Part shown: positions 37,834 to 49,532 of the stretch, piece by piece
Position numbering within the stretch: the stretch's first letter is position 1
Layout: each line of letters starts with the position of its first letter
NCBI GenBank assembly: GCA_902543145.1
Contig: CACBXG010000003.1
Coordinates: 91,088 to 155,087, forward strand
Source of the DNA: an uncultured SAR116 cluster alpha proteobacterium
GTDB taxonomy: Bacteria; Pseudomonadota; Alphaproteobacteria; Puniceispirillales; Marisalimonadaceae
Length of the DNA stretch: 64,000 nucleotides
Direction of reading: 5' to 3'
Translations under genes and position numbers: made by a program
The notes under the pieces: generated by a model
Seen by the model: only the letters and a program-made list of their open reading frames with translations
The model's database searches: none
Told to the model about the DNA's origin: nothing

Positions 37834-40449
37834 ATGAAACACGTAATTAAAAAGAGATCTGATTATAAGCCGTTATTTTGGTTAACAAAAAATACATTTT
37901 TAGAATTTTTAATATTTGATAAACATACTATTGTTAAATCTCAAATAATATTTCAAAAAAATAATTCTCATAACATAAGTCATTTTAATTTAAAAAGTCA
38001 TCTAGAATTAAATGGTGTTGACTTAATTACTAAAAAATTTGAACTAATTCTTGACGATAAGCCTCCTAAAAAAATAAAAATTGAAAGTCTAAAAAAACAG
38101 GATGAAGCCTTTATAATACCAGTTCCTTCTAATACATCTTTTGTAAAAATAATTACAGAAGTAAAAATATATCCTTCAATTAACAATTCTTTGGAGGGCT
38201 TGTATCAAAGTAATAATATGCTATGCACTCAATGTGAAGCAGAAGGTTTCAGAAAAATTACTTGGTTTCCAGATCGACCTGATTGCTTAAGTTTATTTAA
38301 AGTTAGAATAGAGGTAACGGATAAATTTAAAACAATACTTAGTAATGGTAATTTAATTGAAGAAGGTGTTATTAAAAATAAAAATGGAAAACGTAATAGA
38401 CTGTTTAAAGTCTGGTACGATCCTTTTCCTAAGCCTTCTTACTTATTTGCTTTAGTTGTTGGTAATCTAGAATCTAACTCTTCTAAATATTTAACATCTT
38501 CAAAAAAAGAAATTACAATAAATATCTTTTGTGAAATTGGAAATAAAAATTTTACTAATTACGCAATGAATAGTCTAAAAAAAGCGATGAGATGGGATGA
38601 AGATAAATATGGATTAGAATACGATTTAGATACTTTTATGATAGTAGCTGTTAGTCATTTCAACATGGGCGCTATGGAAAATAAAGGTTTAAATATATTT
38701 AATTCAAAGTTTGTTCTAGCAGACAAGAAAACTGCAACTGACAGAGATTTACAAAATATAGAAAGCATTGTTGCTCATGAGTATTTTCATAATTGGACAG
38801 GGAACAGGGTAACCTGTAGAGATTGGTTTCAATTAACTCTGAAAGAAGGCTTAACAGTTTTTAGAGATCAAGAATTTTCAGGTGATATGAACAACAGAGG
38901 TGTTAAAAGAATAGAAGATGTATCTATACTAAGATCAATTCAGTTTGCGGAAGATTCTGGATCTAATAGTCACCCTATAAGACCTGATGAATATAAGGAA
39001 ATTAACAATTTTTATACTCCTACAATCTATGAAAAGGGAGCTGAGGTTATTAGAATGATTTATAATTATCTTGGTAATACCTTATATAAAAAAGGAATGG
39101 ATCTATATTTCAAAAGATATGACGGAAAGGCAGTTACATGTGAGGATTTTATAAAAGCATTAGCTGATGGGAGTAAATTAGATTTAAGTATGTTTGAAAA
39201 ATGGTATTCTCAATCTGGTACTCCTAATTTAATAATTACAAGAAAAAAATATGACTTAGGATTAGAGCTAAATTTTTCTCAAAAGATTAATAATAAAATT
39301 AGCAATTTACCTATTCCAATAAAAATTGCTTTTTTAAATAAAAAAGGATCTCTTGTTAAATTTAGTCTCAACAACTCAAAATTAAAATATGAACACGTCT
39401 ATTTACTTTCAAAAAGTAAAGATAAAGTCTCTATAATCTGTAGTGAAAAAGAAATTACTCCTTCAATATTACGAGATTTCTCTGCTCCAGTGCTTTTAAA
39501 AACAGATATAAAAACTAGTGAATATATTCATATACTTAAATTTGATAATGATTCATTTAATAAATGGGATGCGATTCAAAACTTATATCTTAGCTGTTTT
39601 TTTAAAAAATCTAATTTAAATATTTTAATAAAAACATTAAGAGAATTAATTATAGAAGAAAAAGTAAACTATTCATTAATGGCCTTGCTTCTAGAATTAC
39701 CATCTCGATCTACACTTGAAAATATGTCAAGTGATGTGGATCCAATTTCAATTTTCAAAAGAAAAAAAGAATTTATGAAAAGAATTGGCATAGGTTTACA
39801 AAAAGTTTTTGAGATTATTGCTTTAAAACTATTCGAAAGCAAAATAGAAAATGACAAAAGCTCTGGAGAGAGACTGTTATTAGAAAAAATACTAAAATAT
39901 TTAATTCTAATTGAGAGCTCAATAGGGATTCAGGTTGCAAAAAAAATAACAGAAAGCAAAAATATGACACTTTCAATTATTGGATTAAAATCATTATGTT
40001 TGGCTAATAATGAGTTGTCATTAAATTACTTAAATGATTTTTACAAAAAATGGAAAAATAATCACTTAGTTATTGAAAAATGGTTTGAAATGATGTCGGC
40101 TTTAAATATAGGGTCAAAGGGTTTAAATCTAATTAAGCATCTGTTAAAGCATAAAGATTTTGATTATAAAAATCCAAATAAACTTAGATCCGTTTTAAGT
40201 ACTTTTCAAAGGGAAAATGTATTATTATTTCATGCAAACGATTCTTCTGGATATAAATTTATTTCTGAACAGGTTGCAATTATTGATAAAAGCAATCCGC
40301 AAGCAGCTGCTAGACTAATTCTGCCTCTGACAAGATTTAAAAATTACTCTTTTGAGAGGAAAAACAAGATTAAAAATGTTTTAAAAGGTATTAATAAACC
40401 ATTTATCTCTAGTGATTTGTCTGAAATAATTGAGAAAGCATTAATTTAG
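37834..40449 (+). CDS. pepN: Aminopeptidase N
   Basis: TQCEAEGFR, GAMENKGLN, HEYFH, QLTLKEG and YEKGAEV. Confidence 0.95.
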   Translation: MKHVIKKRSDYKPLFWLTKNTFLEFLIFDKHTIVKSQIIFQKNNSHNISHFNLKSHLELNGVDLITKKFELILDDKPPKKIKIESLKKQDEAFIIPVPSNTSFVKIITEVKIYPSINNSLEGLYQSNNMLCTQCEAEGFRKITWFPDRPDCLSLFKVRIEVTDKFKTILSNGNLIEEGVIKNKNGKRNRLFKVWYDPFPKPSYLFALVVGNLESNSSKYLTSSKKEITINIFCEIGNKNFTNYAMNSLKKAMRWDEDKYGLEYDLDTFMIVAVSHFNMGAMENKGLNIFNSKFVLADKKTATDRDLQNIESIVAHEYFHNWTGNRVTCRDWFQLTLKEGLTVFRDQEFSGDMNNRGVKRIEDVSILRSIQFAEDSGSNSHPIRPDEYKEINNFYTPTIYEKGAEVIRMIYNYLGNTLYKKGMDLYFKRYDGKAVTCEDFIKALADGSKLDLSMFEKWYSQSGTPNLIITRKKYDLGLELNFSQKINNKISNLPIPIKIAFLNKKGSLVKFSLNNSKLKYEHVYLLSKSKDKVSIICSEKEITPSILRDFSAPVLLKTDIKTSEYIHILKFDNDSFNKWDAIQNLYLSCFFKKSNLNILIKTLRELIIEEKVNYSLMALLLELPSRSTLENMSSDVDPISIFKRKKEFMKRIGIGLQKVFEIIALKLFESKIENDKSSGERLLLEKILKYLILIESSIGIQVAKKITESKNMTLSIIGLKSLCLANNELSLNYLNDFYKKWKNNHLVIEKWFEMMSALNIGSKGLNLIKHLLKHKDFDYKNPNKLRSVLSTFQRENVLLFHANDSSGYKFISEQVAIIDKSNPQAAARLILPLTRFKNYSFERKNKIKNVLKGINKPFISSDLSEIIEKALI

Positions 40450-40454
40450 TTATT

Positions 40455-41714
40455 TTATTTTAAAAAATCTGGGATTTTACCACTTTCTTTAAAATTTAAA
40501 TAATTTTCCTCAGGCAGAATAAAAGTTTTAGATATATATTTATTAATTTTTTTCTTTGGATTGAAATTTTTATAAGATAACTTTTGAGCGGAAATTATCT
40601 TATCAAAGGTTGTTTTATAAACTTTTTTCTTTATGAGTTTTTCTATCAAAATAACATTTTTGTTATCATTATCATCAAAAAGAGTATATGCTTTACCCCT
40701 TTTCCCAGCTCTTCCTGTACGACCGATACGATGTACGTAATCTTCTGGGTTATTTGGAACATCATAATTAAAGACATGGCTTAATCCATCTATATCAATA
40801 CCTCTTGCAGCCACATCAGAAGCAATAAGCATTTCAGCAGATTTGTCTTTGAACTTTTCGAGCGATTTAATTCTTAAATTTTGATTCATATCTCCATGAA
40901 GGGAGACAGTACTGAATTTATTTTTTTTTAAAAATCTACTAACTTTATCAATATCAGCCTTCTTATTACAAAATATCACAGCACTTTTTATTGGTTCAAT
41001 ATATAATAATTTTTTTAGGTCATTCATTTTATTTTCATTATTAGTTTTAATAAAAGTACTATCTATGTTTTCTGATGTTGAAGAATATGGGTTTATAGTG
41101 ATTTCCTTTGGATTAATTAATAAATCTTTACCTATATTTCTTATTTCATTTGAGAGAGTCGCAGAAAAAAATAAAGTTTGTCTTATTTTAGGTAGTAGTT
41201 TGTTAATTTTAATAATATCAGGAATGAAACCCATATCTAACATTCTATCTGCTTCATCTATAACAAGTAATTTCACATCTTTTATTATGACTTTGCCTCG
41301 TTCTATATGGTCTAAAAGTCTTCCAGGTGTAGCAATGAGTACATCTACACCTTTTGACAATTTATTTTCTTGTTCTGTGAATGATGTTCCACCAATTAAT
41401 AGTACCATTTGAAGATTTAAATATTGATTTATTTTACTAAATTCTTCAGACACTTGCATTGCTAATTCTCTAGTAGGAGCTAAAACAAGTGATCGTGGCA
41501 TTCTAGATTTAGATTTTCCGGAATTTAGAATCTCAATCAAAGGCATAATAAACGATCCTGTTTTACCCGTGCCTGTTTGTGCACACCCTAATATATCTCT
41601 TCCTACTAAAATATTTGGTATAGCTTTTTTTTGAATATCAGTTGGTTCTTTATACCCAATGTTATTTATAGATGACAAAATTTCTTTGCATAAGCCTAGA
41701 TCTTCAAATTTCAC
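40455..41714 (-). CDS. DEAD-box RNA helicase
   Basis: AQTGTGKT, PTRELA, DEAD, SAT, ARGID and HRIGRTGR. Confidence 0.93.
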   Translation of the reverse strand: MKFEDLGLCKEILSSINNIGYKEPTDIQKKAIPNILVGRDILGCAQTGTGKTGSFIMPLIEILNSGKSKSRMPRSLVLAPTRELAMQVSEEFSKINQYLNLQMVLLIGGTSFTEQENKLSKGVDVLIATPGRLLDHIERGKVIIKDVKLLVIDEADRMLDMGFIPDIIKINKLLPKIRQTLFFSATLSNEIRNIGKDLLINPKEITINPYSSTSENIDSTFIKTNNENKMNDLKKLLYIEPIKSAVIFCNKKADIDKVSRFLKKNKFSTVSLHGDMNQNLRIKSLEKFKDKSAEMLIASDVAARGIDIDGLSHVFNYDVPNNPEDYVHRIGRTGRAGKRGKAYTLFDDNDNKNVILIEKLIKKKVYKTTFDKIISAQKLSYKNFNPKKKINKYISKTFILPEENYLNFKESGKIPDFLK

Positions 41715-41781
41715 AATTATGACCTCGTTAAAATTTTATATTTTTGATTGCACTAAATAATGCTTAAAGTTAATTGAACTC

Positions 41782-43746
41782 TTAAACTTGAATATCATAT
41801 TCTCCTACATTACTAGCATTTTCTTGAATATACTTAAATCTAAGTTCTGGTTTTTTGCCCATGAGTATATTTACTAAACTATCAACTTCTCTCCTATTGT
41901 TGGCTTCATTAATATCTCTTTTAGGAACAGTAACTTTAAGTAATTTTCTTGTTTTTGGAGACATTGTTGTCTCTTTTAATTGAGCTGGTGGCATTTCGCC
42001 TAATCCTTTGAAACGACTAATTAAGGCTTTTCCGTTAAATTTTTCATTTATTATTTTATTTTTAATTTCTTCGGTTTGTGCATAAAAGGATTGGTCATTA
42101 AAAGTAATTCTATATAAAGGTGGTTGAGCAATATACAAATGTCCTTTTTCAATAATTTCTGGATAATTGTTATAAAAAAAAGTTAATAGTAAAGCTGCAA
42201 TATGAGCTCCGTCAACATCTGCATCTGTCATAATTATTATTTTATTATATCTAAGGTTATCTATATTTATAGATTTGTCTTGATCTAGTCCTATAGCTTG
42301 TTTTAAATCACTAATTTCTTGATTTTGTGACATTTTTTCACTGGTTGCACTAGCTACATTCAATATCTTACCTTTTAAGGGTAATACTGCTTGTGTTATT
42401 CTCTCTCTGGCTTGTTTTGCTGATCCACCAGCACTATCTCCTTCAACTATAAAAAGCTCAGATTTCTCAAAACTATCACTTGAACAATCAGCTAATTTCC
42501 CAGGTAAACGAACTTTTTTAGATATAGTTTTTCGTGATACTTCTTTTTCTTTCTTTTTTCTTTTTCTTTCTTCATAGTTATTAATTGTTCTATTTAATAA
42601 ATCCTCTCCAACATCTTTAAAATTTGATAACCAAGTCTCAAATCTATCCCTAATCGCGGTCTCTACAACTTTAGAGGTGAAAGTATTTACAAGTTTTTCT
42701 TTTGTCTGGCCTTGGAACTGAGGTTCTTTTATAAATACTGATAAAATTAATCCCGAAGATACCATTAAATCATCATATAAGATTTCATTAGCTTTTTTGA
42801 AACCTCTTAGTTCAGCAAAATTTCTTATACCTTTTGTCATTGCTGACCTTAAACCAGTTTCATGTGTTCCACCAAGTGGAGTATGAACAGTATTACAAAA
42901 AGTTTCATTAAATCCAGTTTCATAATCAGCTAACCAACTTACAACCCATTCAACAGTTTCACCATCAATATTTACGTTTCCATGAAATAAAGAAGATGTA
43001 AAAAAAGAATTAGAGGAAGTTTTATGTTTCATATAGTCTAAAATGCCATTGATATAGTAAAATTTTTTAGAAAATGGTAAGATACTATCTGCTTTTAAAA
43101 GTGTCTCATTACATTTCCAATTGATTTGAACACCTTTAAAAAGATAAGCTTTATTTTTCAATATATTAAAGATTTTAATAGGATTAAAAATATTACTTTC
43201 ACCAAATATTTCAGGATCAGGTTTAAAAGTAATAGATGTTCCATTATTTTTTTTTATTTTATTCTTTTTTGTAAGAGGTGAGAGTGGCAAACCTCTAGAA
43301 AATTCTTGAACATATAAATACTCATCACGTATAACCTCTACCTTCATAAATGAAGAAAGAGCATTAACAACTGAAGCGCCAACGCCATGCAATCCTCCTG
43401 AGGTTGTATAATTTTTATTTGTAAATTTCCCACCAGAATGGAGAGTAGTCATTATAATTTCTAATGCTGATTTATTCTTAAATTTAGGGTGATTATCTAC
43501 AGGTATTCCTCTGCCATTATCAGAAATATTTATTGTGTTATTATCAAGCAGATTTACATTTATTGTATTAGCATGTTTGGCAACCACCTCATCCATAGAA
43601 TTATCAATTATCTCAGTTGCAAGATGATGCAAGGCATTATTGTCAGTGCCGCCAATGTACATACCTGGCCTATGCCGAACAGGCTCTAGCCCTTCTAAAA
43701 TTTCAATTTCAGAAGCATTATAGTTATCCAAAATTTTTTTTGTCAT
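41782..43746 (-). CDS. parE: DNA topoisomerase IV subunit B
   Basis: LEGLEPVRHRPGMY, NTVHTP.GGTH, EGDSAGG, DADVDGAHI and RFKGLGEM..QL; short form without the GyrB insert. Confidence 0.9.
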   Translation of the reverse strand: MTKKILDNYNASEIEILEGLEPVRHRPGMYIGGTDNNALHHLATEIIDNSMDEVVAKHANTINVNLLDNNTINISDNGRGIPVDNHPKFKNKSALEIIMTTLHSGGKFTNKNYTTSGGLHGVGASVVNALSSFMKVEVIRDEYLYVQEFSRGLPLSPLTKKNKIKKNNGTSITFKPDPEIFGESNIFNPIKIFNILKNKAYLFKGVQINWKCNETLLKADSILPFSKKFYYINGILDYMKHKTSSNSFFTSSLFHGNVNIDGETVEWVVSWLADYETGFNETFCNTVHTPLGGTHETGLRSAMTKGIRNFAELRGFKKANEILYDDLMVSSGLILSVFIKEPQFQGQTKEKLVNTFTSKVVETAIRDRFETWLSNFKDVGEDLLNRTINNYEERKRKKKEKEVSRKTISKKVRLPGKLADCSSDSFEKSELFIVEGDSAGGSAKQARERITQAVLPLKGKILNVASATSEKMSQNQEISDLKQAIGLDQDKSINIDNLRYNKIIIMTDADVDGAHIAALLLTFFYNNYPEIIEKGHLYIAQPPLYRITFNDQSFYAQTEEIKNKIINEKFNGKALISRFKGLGEMPPAQLKETTMSPKTRKLLKVTVPKRDINEANNRREVDSLVNILMGKKPELRFKYIQENASNVGEYDIQV

Positions 43747-43823
43747 ATAAGTTAATTTACTTTATTTAGTGTGTAAAAAAATAATCATAACAATATTTAG
43801 CAATATTTAGATAATTTTCAAAT

Positions 43824-43851
43824 AAAAAAACCCAACTAAAAGTTGGGTTTT
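43824..43851 (-). terminator. Intrinsic terminator after glnA
   Basis: AAAACCCAACT-TTT-AGTTGGG followed by a T7 tract on the minus strand. Confidence 0.8.
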
Positions 43852-43870
43852 AAAAGAATTTTTAAATTAT

Positions 43871-45280
43871 TTAGCTTGAATAGTACATTTTAAATTCAAC
43901 TGGATGGGGAGCATGTTCAAACTCAATTACTTCTTCCATTTTTAAATCAATGTAAGCTTCGATCTGGTCTTCAGTGAATACTCCACCTTTTGTTAAAAAA
44001 GACATATCATTTTTCAGAGCATCCACTGCCTCTCTCAGTGATCCACAAACTGTAGGAATATTTTGTAATTCACTTTCAGGCAATTCATATAGGTCTTTAT
44101 CCATTGGGTCACCAGGATGTATTTTATTTTGAATACCATCTAGACCTGCCATTAACATTGCAGAAAATGCCAAATAAGGGTTGGCCGTAGCGTCGGGAAA
44201 TCTGACCTCTACTCTTTTACCATTAGGGCTTCCAACAAAAGGGATTCTGCAAGATGCTGATCTATTTCTAGCTGAATAAGCCAACAATACGGGGGCTTCA
44301 AAACCAGGTATCAATCTTTTGTAGGAATTGGTTGAGGGGTTAGTAAAACAATTAATAGCTTTTGCGTGTTTTATAATACCACCAATGTAGTGTAAGCAAG
44401 TTTCAGATAAACCAGAGTATTCGCCGCCGGCAAAAACTGGTTTTCCATTTTTCCAAATTGATTGATGTGTATGCATTCCAGTACCATTATCACCTGCTAC
44501 AGGCTTTGGCATGAAAGTAGCTGTTTGTCCAAATGAATGAGCAACGTTGTGAACTGCATACTTATACAATTGAACATTGTCAGCTGTATCTATCAAAGTC
44601 CCAAATTTTAATCCCAATTCATGTTGAGAAGGTGCCACTTCGTGATGATGTTTTTCCATTGGGACGCCCATTTCAACTAATGATAATACCATTTCACTTC
44701 TTAAATCTTGCGCGGAATCAACGGGAGGAACAGGAAAATATCCACCTTTAATACCTGGTCTGTGACCCATATTTCCTTCTTCAAAATCACTGCCGGAATT
44801 ATAAGGACCTTCGGTTGAATTAATTTTGTAAAATGTTGAATTCATTTCGGATTGGTATTTCACATCATCAAAAACAAAAAATTCAGGTTCTGGGCCAAAA
44901 TAAGCTGTATCCCCAACTCCTAAACTTTCCATATATTTTAAAGCTGATTTTGCAGTTGATCTTGGGTCTCTTTCGTAAGGATTACCTGAAATAGGATCTA
45001 ATACGTCACAAAAAATAGATAATGTCGGCTGTGAGAAGAAAGGATCAACTATTGATCTAGAACAATCAGGCATCAGCTTCATATCTGACTCATTAATGGC
45101 TTTCCAGCCGGCTATTGATGATCCATCAAACATAAATCCTTCAGCTAAAGATTCCTCATCAATTGTACTTACATGCTGTGATAAATGTTGCATTTTACCT
45201 CTTGGGTCAGTAAATCGTAAATCTACAAACTGGATTTCTTTTTCCTTGATAGTATCCATAATTTTTTTTGCGTCTGACAT
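43871..45280 (-). CDS. glnA: Glutamine synthetase type I
   Basis: FDGSSI, GPEPEFF, HHHEVA, FMPKP..GDNG.GMH, NRSA..RIP and adenylylation motif DKDLY. Confidence 0.97.
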   Translation of the reverse strand: MSDAKKIMDTIKEKEIQFVDLRFTDPRGKMQHLSQHVSTIDEESLAEGFMFDGSSIAGWKAINESDMKLMPDCSRSIVDPFFSQPTLSIFCDVLDPISGNPYERDPRSTAKSALKYMESLGVGDTAYFGPEPEFFVFDDVKYQSEMNSTFYKINSTEGPYNSGSDFEEGNMGHRPGIKGGYFPVPPVDSAQDLRSEMVLSLVEMGVPMEKHHHEVAPSQHELGLKFGTLIDTADNVQLYKYAVHNVAHSFGQTATFMPKPVAGDNGTGMHTHQSIWKNGKPVFAGGEYSGLSETCLHYIGGIIKHAKAINCFTNPSTNSYKRLIPGFEAPVLLAYSARNRSASCRIPFVGSPNGKRVEVRFPDATANPYLAFSAMLMAGLDGIQNKIHPGDPMDKDLYELPESELQNIPTVCGSLREAVDALKNDMSFLTKGGVFTEDQIEAYIDLKMEEVIEFEHAPHPVEFKMYYSS

Positions 45281-45303
45281 ATATCTACTCCATTATTCAT
45301 ATG

Positions 45304-45663
<360 letters not shown>

Positions 45664-45726
45664 TCATATAATTAAATATAAATTAAACAAAATTATTTTT
45701 ATTGAAAAATTACAATAAAAAATAAA

Positions 45727-45743
45727 TGATTAAAAATTAAGCA
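45727..45743. promoter_or_regulatory. NtrC-like 17-bp box upstream of glnB-glnA
   Basis: TGATTAAAAATTAAGCA (reverse complement TGCTTAATTTTTAATCA), similar to the amtB box. Confidence 0.45.
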
Positions 45744-45749
45744 AAAAAT

Positions 45750-46925
45750 TTAATTAAAAAAATCTTTGATTCTTGAAATTGCTTCCTCAATTGAAGTATC
45801 TGAATTAGCACATGATAATCTTATATATCCTTCACCATATTCACCAAAAGAAGTACCTGCAACTGTGGCCACACCTAAATCATCTAATAAAATATTTTGA
45901 ATTTCTGTAGAATTTTTTCCTGTTCCAGTAATATTTGGAAAGCAATAAAACGCCCCATTTGGTTTTTGACAAGAAAATCCTTTTATTTCATTTAAGCTAT
46001 TAAACATAAAATTAGCACGTCTTTTAAAATGATTATTCATTTCTGAAACACAATTTTGGGGCCCATTTAATGCTTCTAATGCAGCATATTGAGCGCTTGA
46101 ATTAACACATGAGTGAATATTCACAGCAAGTTTTTCTGCAATTTCATATAATTTATGTGGGAAAATTCCATAGCCTAAACGCCATCCCGTCATGGCGTAT
46201 GTTTTAGACCATCCATTTAAAATAATTAGCCTATTTCTAATTTCAGGAAATTGTAACATTGATGTAAATTCATTTTCACCAAAACAGAATTGATCATAAA
46301 TCTCATCACTCATCAAAACAACATCTGGGTGTTTTTCTAGACCTTTAACTAACTTTTCTAGTTCACTTTTAGGAACTAATCCACCTGTTGGGTTGGCTGG
46401 GCTATTAATGATTATTAAACTTGTATTAGTATTGATTTTATTGAGTATATCTTCTGCTGAAAATGAAAAGCCTTTATCTTCTCTTAATTGATATGGGATC
46501 GATTTTGCACCTGAGTAATTAATAGCTGATTCATAAATAGGAAATCCTGGATTTGGGTATAAAATTTCCTTATTTTTTTCACCCATCAACATTGCTGAAA
46601 AAAATATTATAACCTTACCGCCTGGAACAATCATAATATTATCAGGTGAAACATTTTCATCATATCTTTTTTTTATATCGTTTGAAACGGCTTCTCTTAG
46701 ATTTGGAATACCTGTAGATTGTGTATAACCATGATGTCCATCTCTGAGAGCCTTTATACCTGCCTCAACAATATGCTCTGGCGTTTTAAAATCTGGCTGA
46801 CCAATTCCTAAATTTATAATATTTTGTCCCTCAGAAGCTAGTTTGTTCGCTTTTGCTAATACCGTAAAAGCAGTCTCAGTTCCGAGATTAAAATTTCTAG
46901 ATGCATAAGCGTAATTACTTTTCAT
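45750..46925 (-). CDS. Class I PLP aminotransferase (aspartate aminotransferase-like)
   Basis: LGIGQPDF, NSPANPTG, SDEIY and GWSKTYAMTGWRLG. Confidence 0.9.
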   Translation of the reverse strand: MKSNYAYASRNFNLGTETAFTVLAKANKLASEGQNIINLGIGQPDFKTPEHIVEAGIKALRDGHHGYTQSTGIPNLREAVSNDIKKRYDENVSPDNIMIVPGGKVIIFFSAMLMGEKNKEILYPNPGFPIYESAINYSGAKSIPYQLREDKGFSFSAEDILNKINTNTSLIIINSPANPTGGLVPKSELEKLVKGLEKHPDVVLMSDEIYDQFCFGENEFTSMLQFPEIRNRLIILNGWSKTYAMTGWRLGYGIFPHKLYEIAEKLAVNIHSCVNSSAQYAALEALNGPQNCVSEMNNHFKRRANFMFNSLNEIKGFSCQKPNGAFYCFPNITGTGKNSTEIQNILLDDLGVATVAGTSFGEYGEGYIRLSCANSDTSIEEAISRIKDFFN

Positions 46926-47036
46926 TTAATAAACCTTGATTAATTCGTATTTATTAAATATTTATACATTCTTATATTTAAAATAAAGATTTTTATAAAT
47001 TATTTAATTTTAATATGAATGGTTAGAAATTATTAT

Positions 47037-47114
47037 GGCGGGTGTAGCTCAGTTGGTTAGAGCGCGGGTTTGTGGTACCTGAGGTCGCCGGTTCGAAGCC
47101 GGTCACTCGCCCCA
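47037..47114 (+). tRNA. tRNA-His(GTG) with G-1:C73
   Basis: G-GCGGGTG...TTGTGGT...CACTCGC-C-CCA. Confidence 0.95.
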
Positions 47115-47192
47115 TTTTAATTTTAATCATTCTAACTTGACCTTTGAGCTATCCTAAGTTAGCTATTTGGTAAATGTATTGAGATTAAAAAT

Positions 47193-47277
47193 GCGGGCGT
47201 GGCGGAACTGGTAGACGCGCAAGATTTAGGTTCTTGTATCGAAAGGTGTGGGGGTTCAAGTCCCTTCGCCCGCACCA
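47193..47277 (+). tRNA. tRNA-Leu(TAG)
   Basis: GCGGGCG...CAAGATTTAGGTTCTTG, long variable arm, CGCCCGCACCA; 85 nt, upstream of tig. Confidence 0.96.
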
Positions 47278-47318
47278 AATAATAAAAAATATTTTCAGTT
47301 TTAAGAGGTAAAATCAAA

Positions 47319-48767
47319 ATGGCTGTAACGCAAACCTTATCAGAAGGATTAAAACGAGAATTTGAAGTAATTATAACCAAGAAAGAAATTGAAAAGTTAG
47401 TTGATCAAAAGCTTGAGAATATAGCTAAAGAAGCCAATTTTCCAGGTTTTAGACCAGGTAAAGTGCCTGTTTCAGTTGTCAAAAACAGATTTGGAAAACA
47501 AGTTCTTGGTGAAGTTGTTAGAGAGTCAGTAGATACGGCCTCCAAAGATACAATGGAAAAAAATAAATTAACACCATCTTCTCAACCTAAAATAGAAATA
47601 GTATCTTTTGAAGAAGGTAAGGACTTAAAAGCAAAGTTATTTGTTGAAATAATGCCTGATTTTGAAATTCCAGATTTATCATCATTAGATATAACTAAAC
47701 CTATTGTAAAAGTGAGTGAAAAAGATATTACTGAGGCGGTTGAAAAACTTGCTAAAGAAAATGTTGGTACAAAAGAAATATCTAATGATAGACCTGCAAA
47801 AAAAGGTGACACTCTTGTTATTGATTTTATTGGCAAAATAGATGATCAACCATTCGAAGGTGGGGAAGCTAAAGGTCATAATTTGAAGTTAGGTTCAAAC
47901 ACTTTTATACCAGGGTTTGAAGACTCACTAATTGGAGCTTTAAAAGGAAAAACTACAAACGTAAAAGTCACTTTCCCAAAAGATTATCAAGCTAAAAATT
48001 TGGCAGGTAAAGATGCTGTTTTTGAAACAAAAGTAAATGAAATCAAAGAAGATGTTGAAGTTAAAATAGATGATGATTTTGCAAAAACATTGGGTATGAA
48101 TGATCTAAAAGCATTAAAAAAAGCTGTTTCAGAACAAATTTCAAAACAGCATCAAGTACAAAGTCGAGATAAAGCAAAAAGACAAATATTAGATAAATTA
48201 GCTGATATAGTATCTTTTGATTTACCAGAGACTTTGGAAAAAGAAGAATACGACAACATATGCAAAGCTATGAATCCTAATTCAAAACCAGATTCAAATA
48301 AAATTGAAGAAACAAATCCAGCTTCTGACAAAGGGATGTCAAAAGAAGAAAAATTAGATGCATCAGAAATTGCAAAAAGAAGAGTGAGGTTAGGATTATT
48401 ACTTTCTGAAATTGGAAGAAAAAACAATATTAAGGTGGAAGAAGAAGATACCAGAAATGCAATGATGAAAGAAATACAAAAATATCCAGGGCAAGAAAAG
48501 CAAATTATGGATTATTTGAAGAACAACCCTGAAGCTCAAAAACAACTTTCAGGTCCAATTTTCGAGGATAAAATCATAGATTTTATTTTAGAATTAGCTA
48601 ATGTTAAGGAAAAAACAGTATCTGTAAAAGAACTTTACAAAGAAGATGAAATGGATTTAAAAAAAGAAGCTTTAAAAGCGAAAAAATCAAATAAGATTGT
48701 TCATAAAAATAAAACAAATAGAACAAATAAAACAAAAAAAACAACCAATAAAGTATCAAAAAAATAA
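47319..48767 (+). CDS. tig: Trigger factor
   Basis: PGFRPGKVP, FKBP domain FIPGFE and VTFP.DY...LAGK. Confidence 0.95.
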   Translation: MAVTQTLSEGLKREFEVIITKKEIEKLVDQKLENIAKEANFPGFRPGKVPVSVVKNRFGKQVLGEVVRESVDTASKDTMEKNKLTPSSQPKIEIVSFEEGKDLKAKLFVEIMPDFEIPDLSSLDITKPIVKVSEKDITEAVEKLAKENVGTKEISNDRPAKKGDTLVIDFIGKIDDQPFEGGEAKGHNLKLGSNTFIPGFEDSLIGALKGKTTNVKVTFPKDYQAKNLAGKDAVFETKVNEIKEDVEVKIDDDFAKTLGMNDLKALKKAVSEQISKQHQVQSRDKAKRQILDKLADIVSFDLPETLEKEEYDNICKAMNPNSKPDSNKIEETNPASDKGMSKEEKLDASEIAKRRVRLGLLLSEIGRKNNIKVEEEDTRNAMMKEIQKYPGQEKQIMDYLKNNPEAQKQLSGPIFEDKIIDFILELANVKEKTVSVKELYKEDEMDLKKEALKAKKSNKIVHKNKTNRTNKTKKTTNKVSKK

Positions 48768-48807
48768 TGACCTTTCTACAAAACTATTATTTGAGGAGTT
48801 TTAAAAT

Positions 48808-49446
48808 ATGATGGAAAAAAATTATAATCAGGTGTCTTCATTTAATGAAATTGGAGCATTAGTTCCAATGGTGGTAGAGCAAACAAGCCGAGGAGAAAGA
48901 TCCTATGATATTTATTCAAGGCTTTTAAAAGAAAGGATCATATTTCTTGTAGGACCTGTTGATGATAATTTAGCTTCATTAGTATGTGCTCAATTGTTGT
49001 TTTTAGAAGCAGAAAATCCCAAAAAAGATATATCAATGTATATTAACTCACCAGGTGGTGTGGTAACGTCAGGTTTGTCAATATACGATACAATGGAATA
49101 CATTCGTCCTGATGTCTCAACAGTATGTATTGGTCAAGCAGCAAGTATGGGATCATTGTTATTAACAGCTGGTGCAAAAAATAAAAGATATTGTTTACCT
49201 AACGCAAGGATTATGACCCATCAGCCTTCCGGAGGTTTTCAAGGTCAAGCAAGTGATATTGAAATTCATGCCAAAGAAATAATTAATTTAAGATCAAGAC
49301 TTAATGGAATTTATGTTAAACATTCTGGCAAGAAAATTGCAGAAATTGAAGCCTTAATGGATAGAGACACTTTTCTGTCTCCTGAAGATGCATTAAAGAT
49401 TGGTTTAATCGATGAAGTTGTTGAAAAAAGACCTAATGTCAAATAA
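48808..49446 (+). CDS. clpP: ATP-dependent Clp protease proteolytic subunit
   Basis: [24 protein letters not shown] and HQP. Confidence 0.97.
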   Translation: MMEKNYNQVSSFNEIGALVPMVVEQTSRGERSYDIYSRLLKERIIFLVGPVDDNLASLVCAQLLFLEAENPKKDISMYINSPGGVVTSGLSIYDTMEYIRPDVSTVCIGQAASMGSLLLTAGAKNKRYCLPNARIMTHQPSGGFQGQASDIEIHAKEIINLRSRLNGIYVKHSGKKIAEIEALMDRDTFLSPEDALKIGLIDEVVEKRPNVK

Positions 49447-49532
49447 AGATAATACATATAATTTATTTATATTGATTTTTAAAATAAACTTATAGATTAT
49501 TAATACATAAAATAAAATCTAAAGGTGTAGTC

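Noticed and set aside
43791-43810. Tandem CAATATTTAG x2 upstream of parE, and assorted TTAA-N7-TTAA CtrA-like matches
   Set aside because: Short AT-rich matches are expected by chance at this base composition.
47159-47380. ORFs overlapping tRNAs (also 54241-54432 and 59684-59875)
   Set aside because: Spurious translations of tRNA-Leu, tRNA-Val and tRNA-Asp.
48660-48767. Lys/Asn/Thr-rich tail of trigger factor with aaacaaataa-like repeats
   Set aside because: Low-complexity basic tails are common on alphaproteobacterial Tig; no evidence of a separate element.
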